From a virus, in IMG/VR virus record IMGVR_UViG_3300047560_002412, positions 32,001 to 96,000 of that record: a DNA stretch of 64,000 nt. One strand, written 5' to 3'. Below are positions 63,851 to 64,000 of the stretch, in pieces. The notes under the pieces were generated by a model. The model made no database searches. It worked only from the letters and a program-made list of their open reading frames with translations, and was not told the origin of the DNA. The position numbers were made by a program, and so were the translations under genes. Numbering within the stretch: position 1 is the stretch's first letter; every line of letters starts with the position of its first letter.

Positions 63851-64000
63851 CTGGTAAATCCCAGATCTTTTTCTGTTCAACGCCCTTTCTTTGGGCAAAT
63901 CTTTTAGCATCGCATTTTGAACATACATGAAAAAAATTGTTGCTTAATCTTTTTCTATCAATTTTTCTAATATCTCTTTCAAATTTTTCATCACAATTAT
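63819..64000 (-). CDS. 3' end of a Cys-containing phage protein, partial
   Basis: ...NCDEKFERDIRKIDRKRLSNNFFHVCSKCDAKRFAQRKGVEQKKIWDLPAS...*. Confidence 0.6.
   Translation of the reverse strand, partial: NCDEKFERDIRKIDRKRLSNNFFHVCSKCDAKRFAQRKGVEQKKIWDLPASVELPVSKF

Overview
64-kb AT-rich segment of a large lytic tailed-phage genome (jumbo/T4-like type: near-consensus sigma70 early promoters plus TAAATA late-promoter motifs). From left to right it holds: a CHASE2 adenylate/guanylate cyclase and small membrane proteins; a tandem array of small paralogous early proteins ending in F-x4-(D/E)-A-x2-F-x-L-(R/K)-W; ClpP; a ~9-kb array of 37 tRNA/tRNA-like genes covering all 20 amino acids, interleaved with a GOLLD-like giant ncRNA and several unnamed stem-closed RNAs; IF-1 and a class-I release-factor homologue interrupted by an in-frame UGA; phosphatases; a tail-fibre-like gene; a ~19-kb cluster of radical-SAM, 2OG-Fe(II) oxygenase, kinase-like, SDR, PLP, PP-loop and methyltransferase genes; ThyX, QueD, UvsE and TauD. 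The most striking candidates for a new system are (1) a classical attenuator ahead of the tRNA/ncRNA region whose 46-codon leader peptide contains all 20 amino acids and 36 different codons, a possible general tRNA-pool sensor, and (2) the release factor that needs UGA readthrough, with a hairpin 3' of the stop and a co-encoded tRNA-Trp carrying the Hirsh-type U11-A24 pair. All calls come from reading the sequence by eye; no searches were run.
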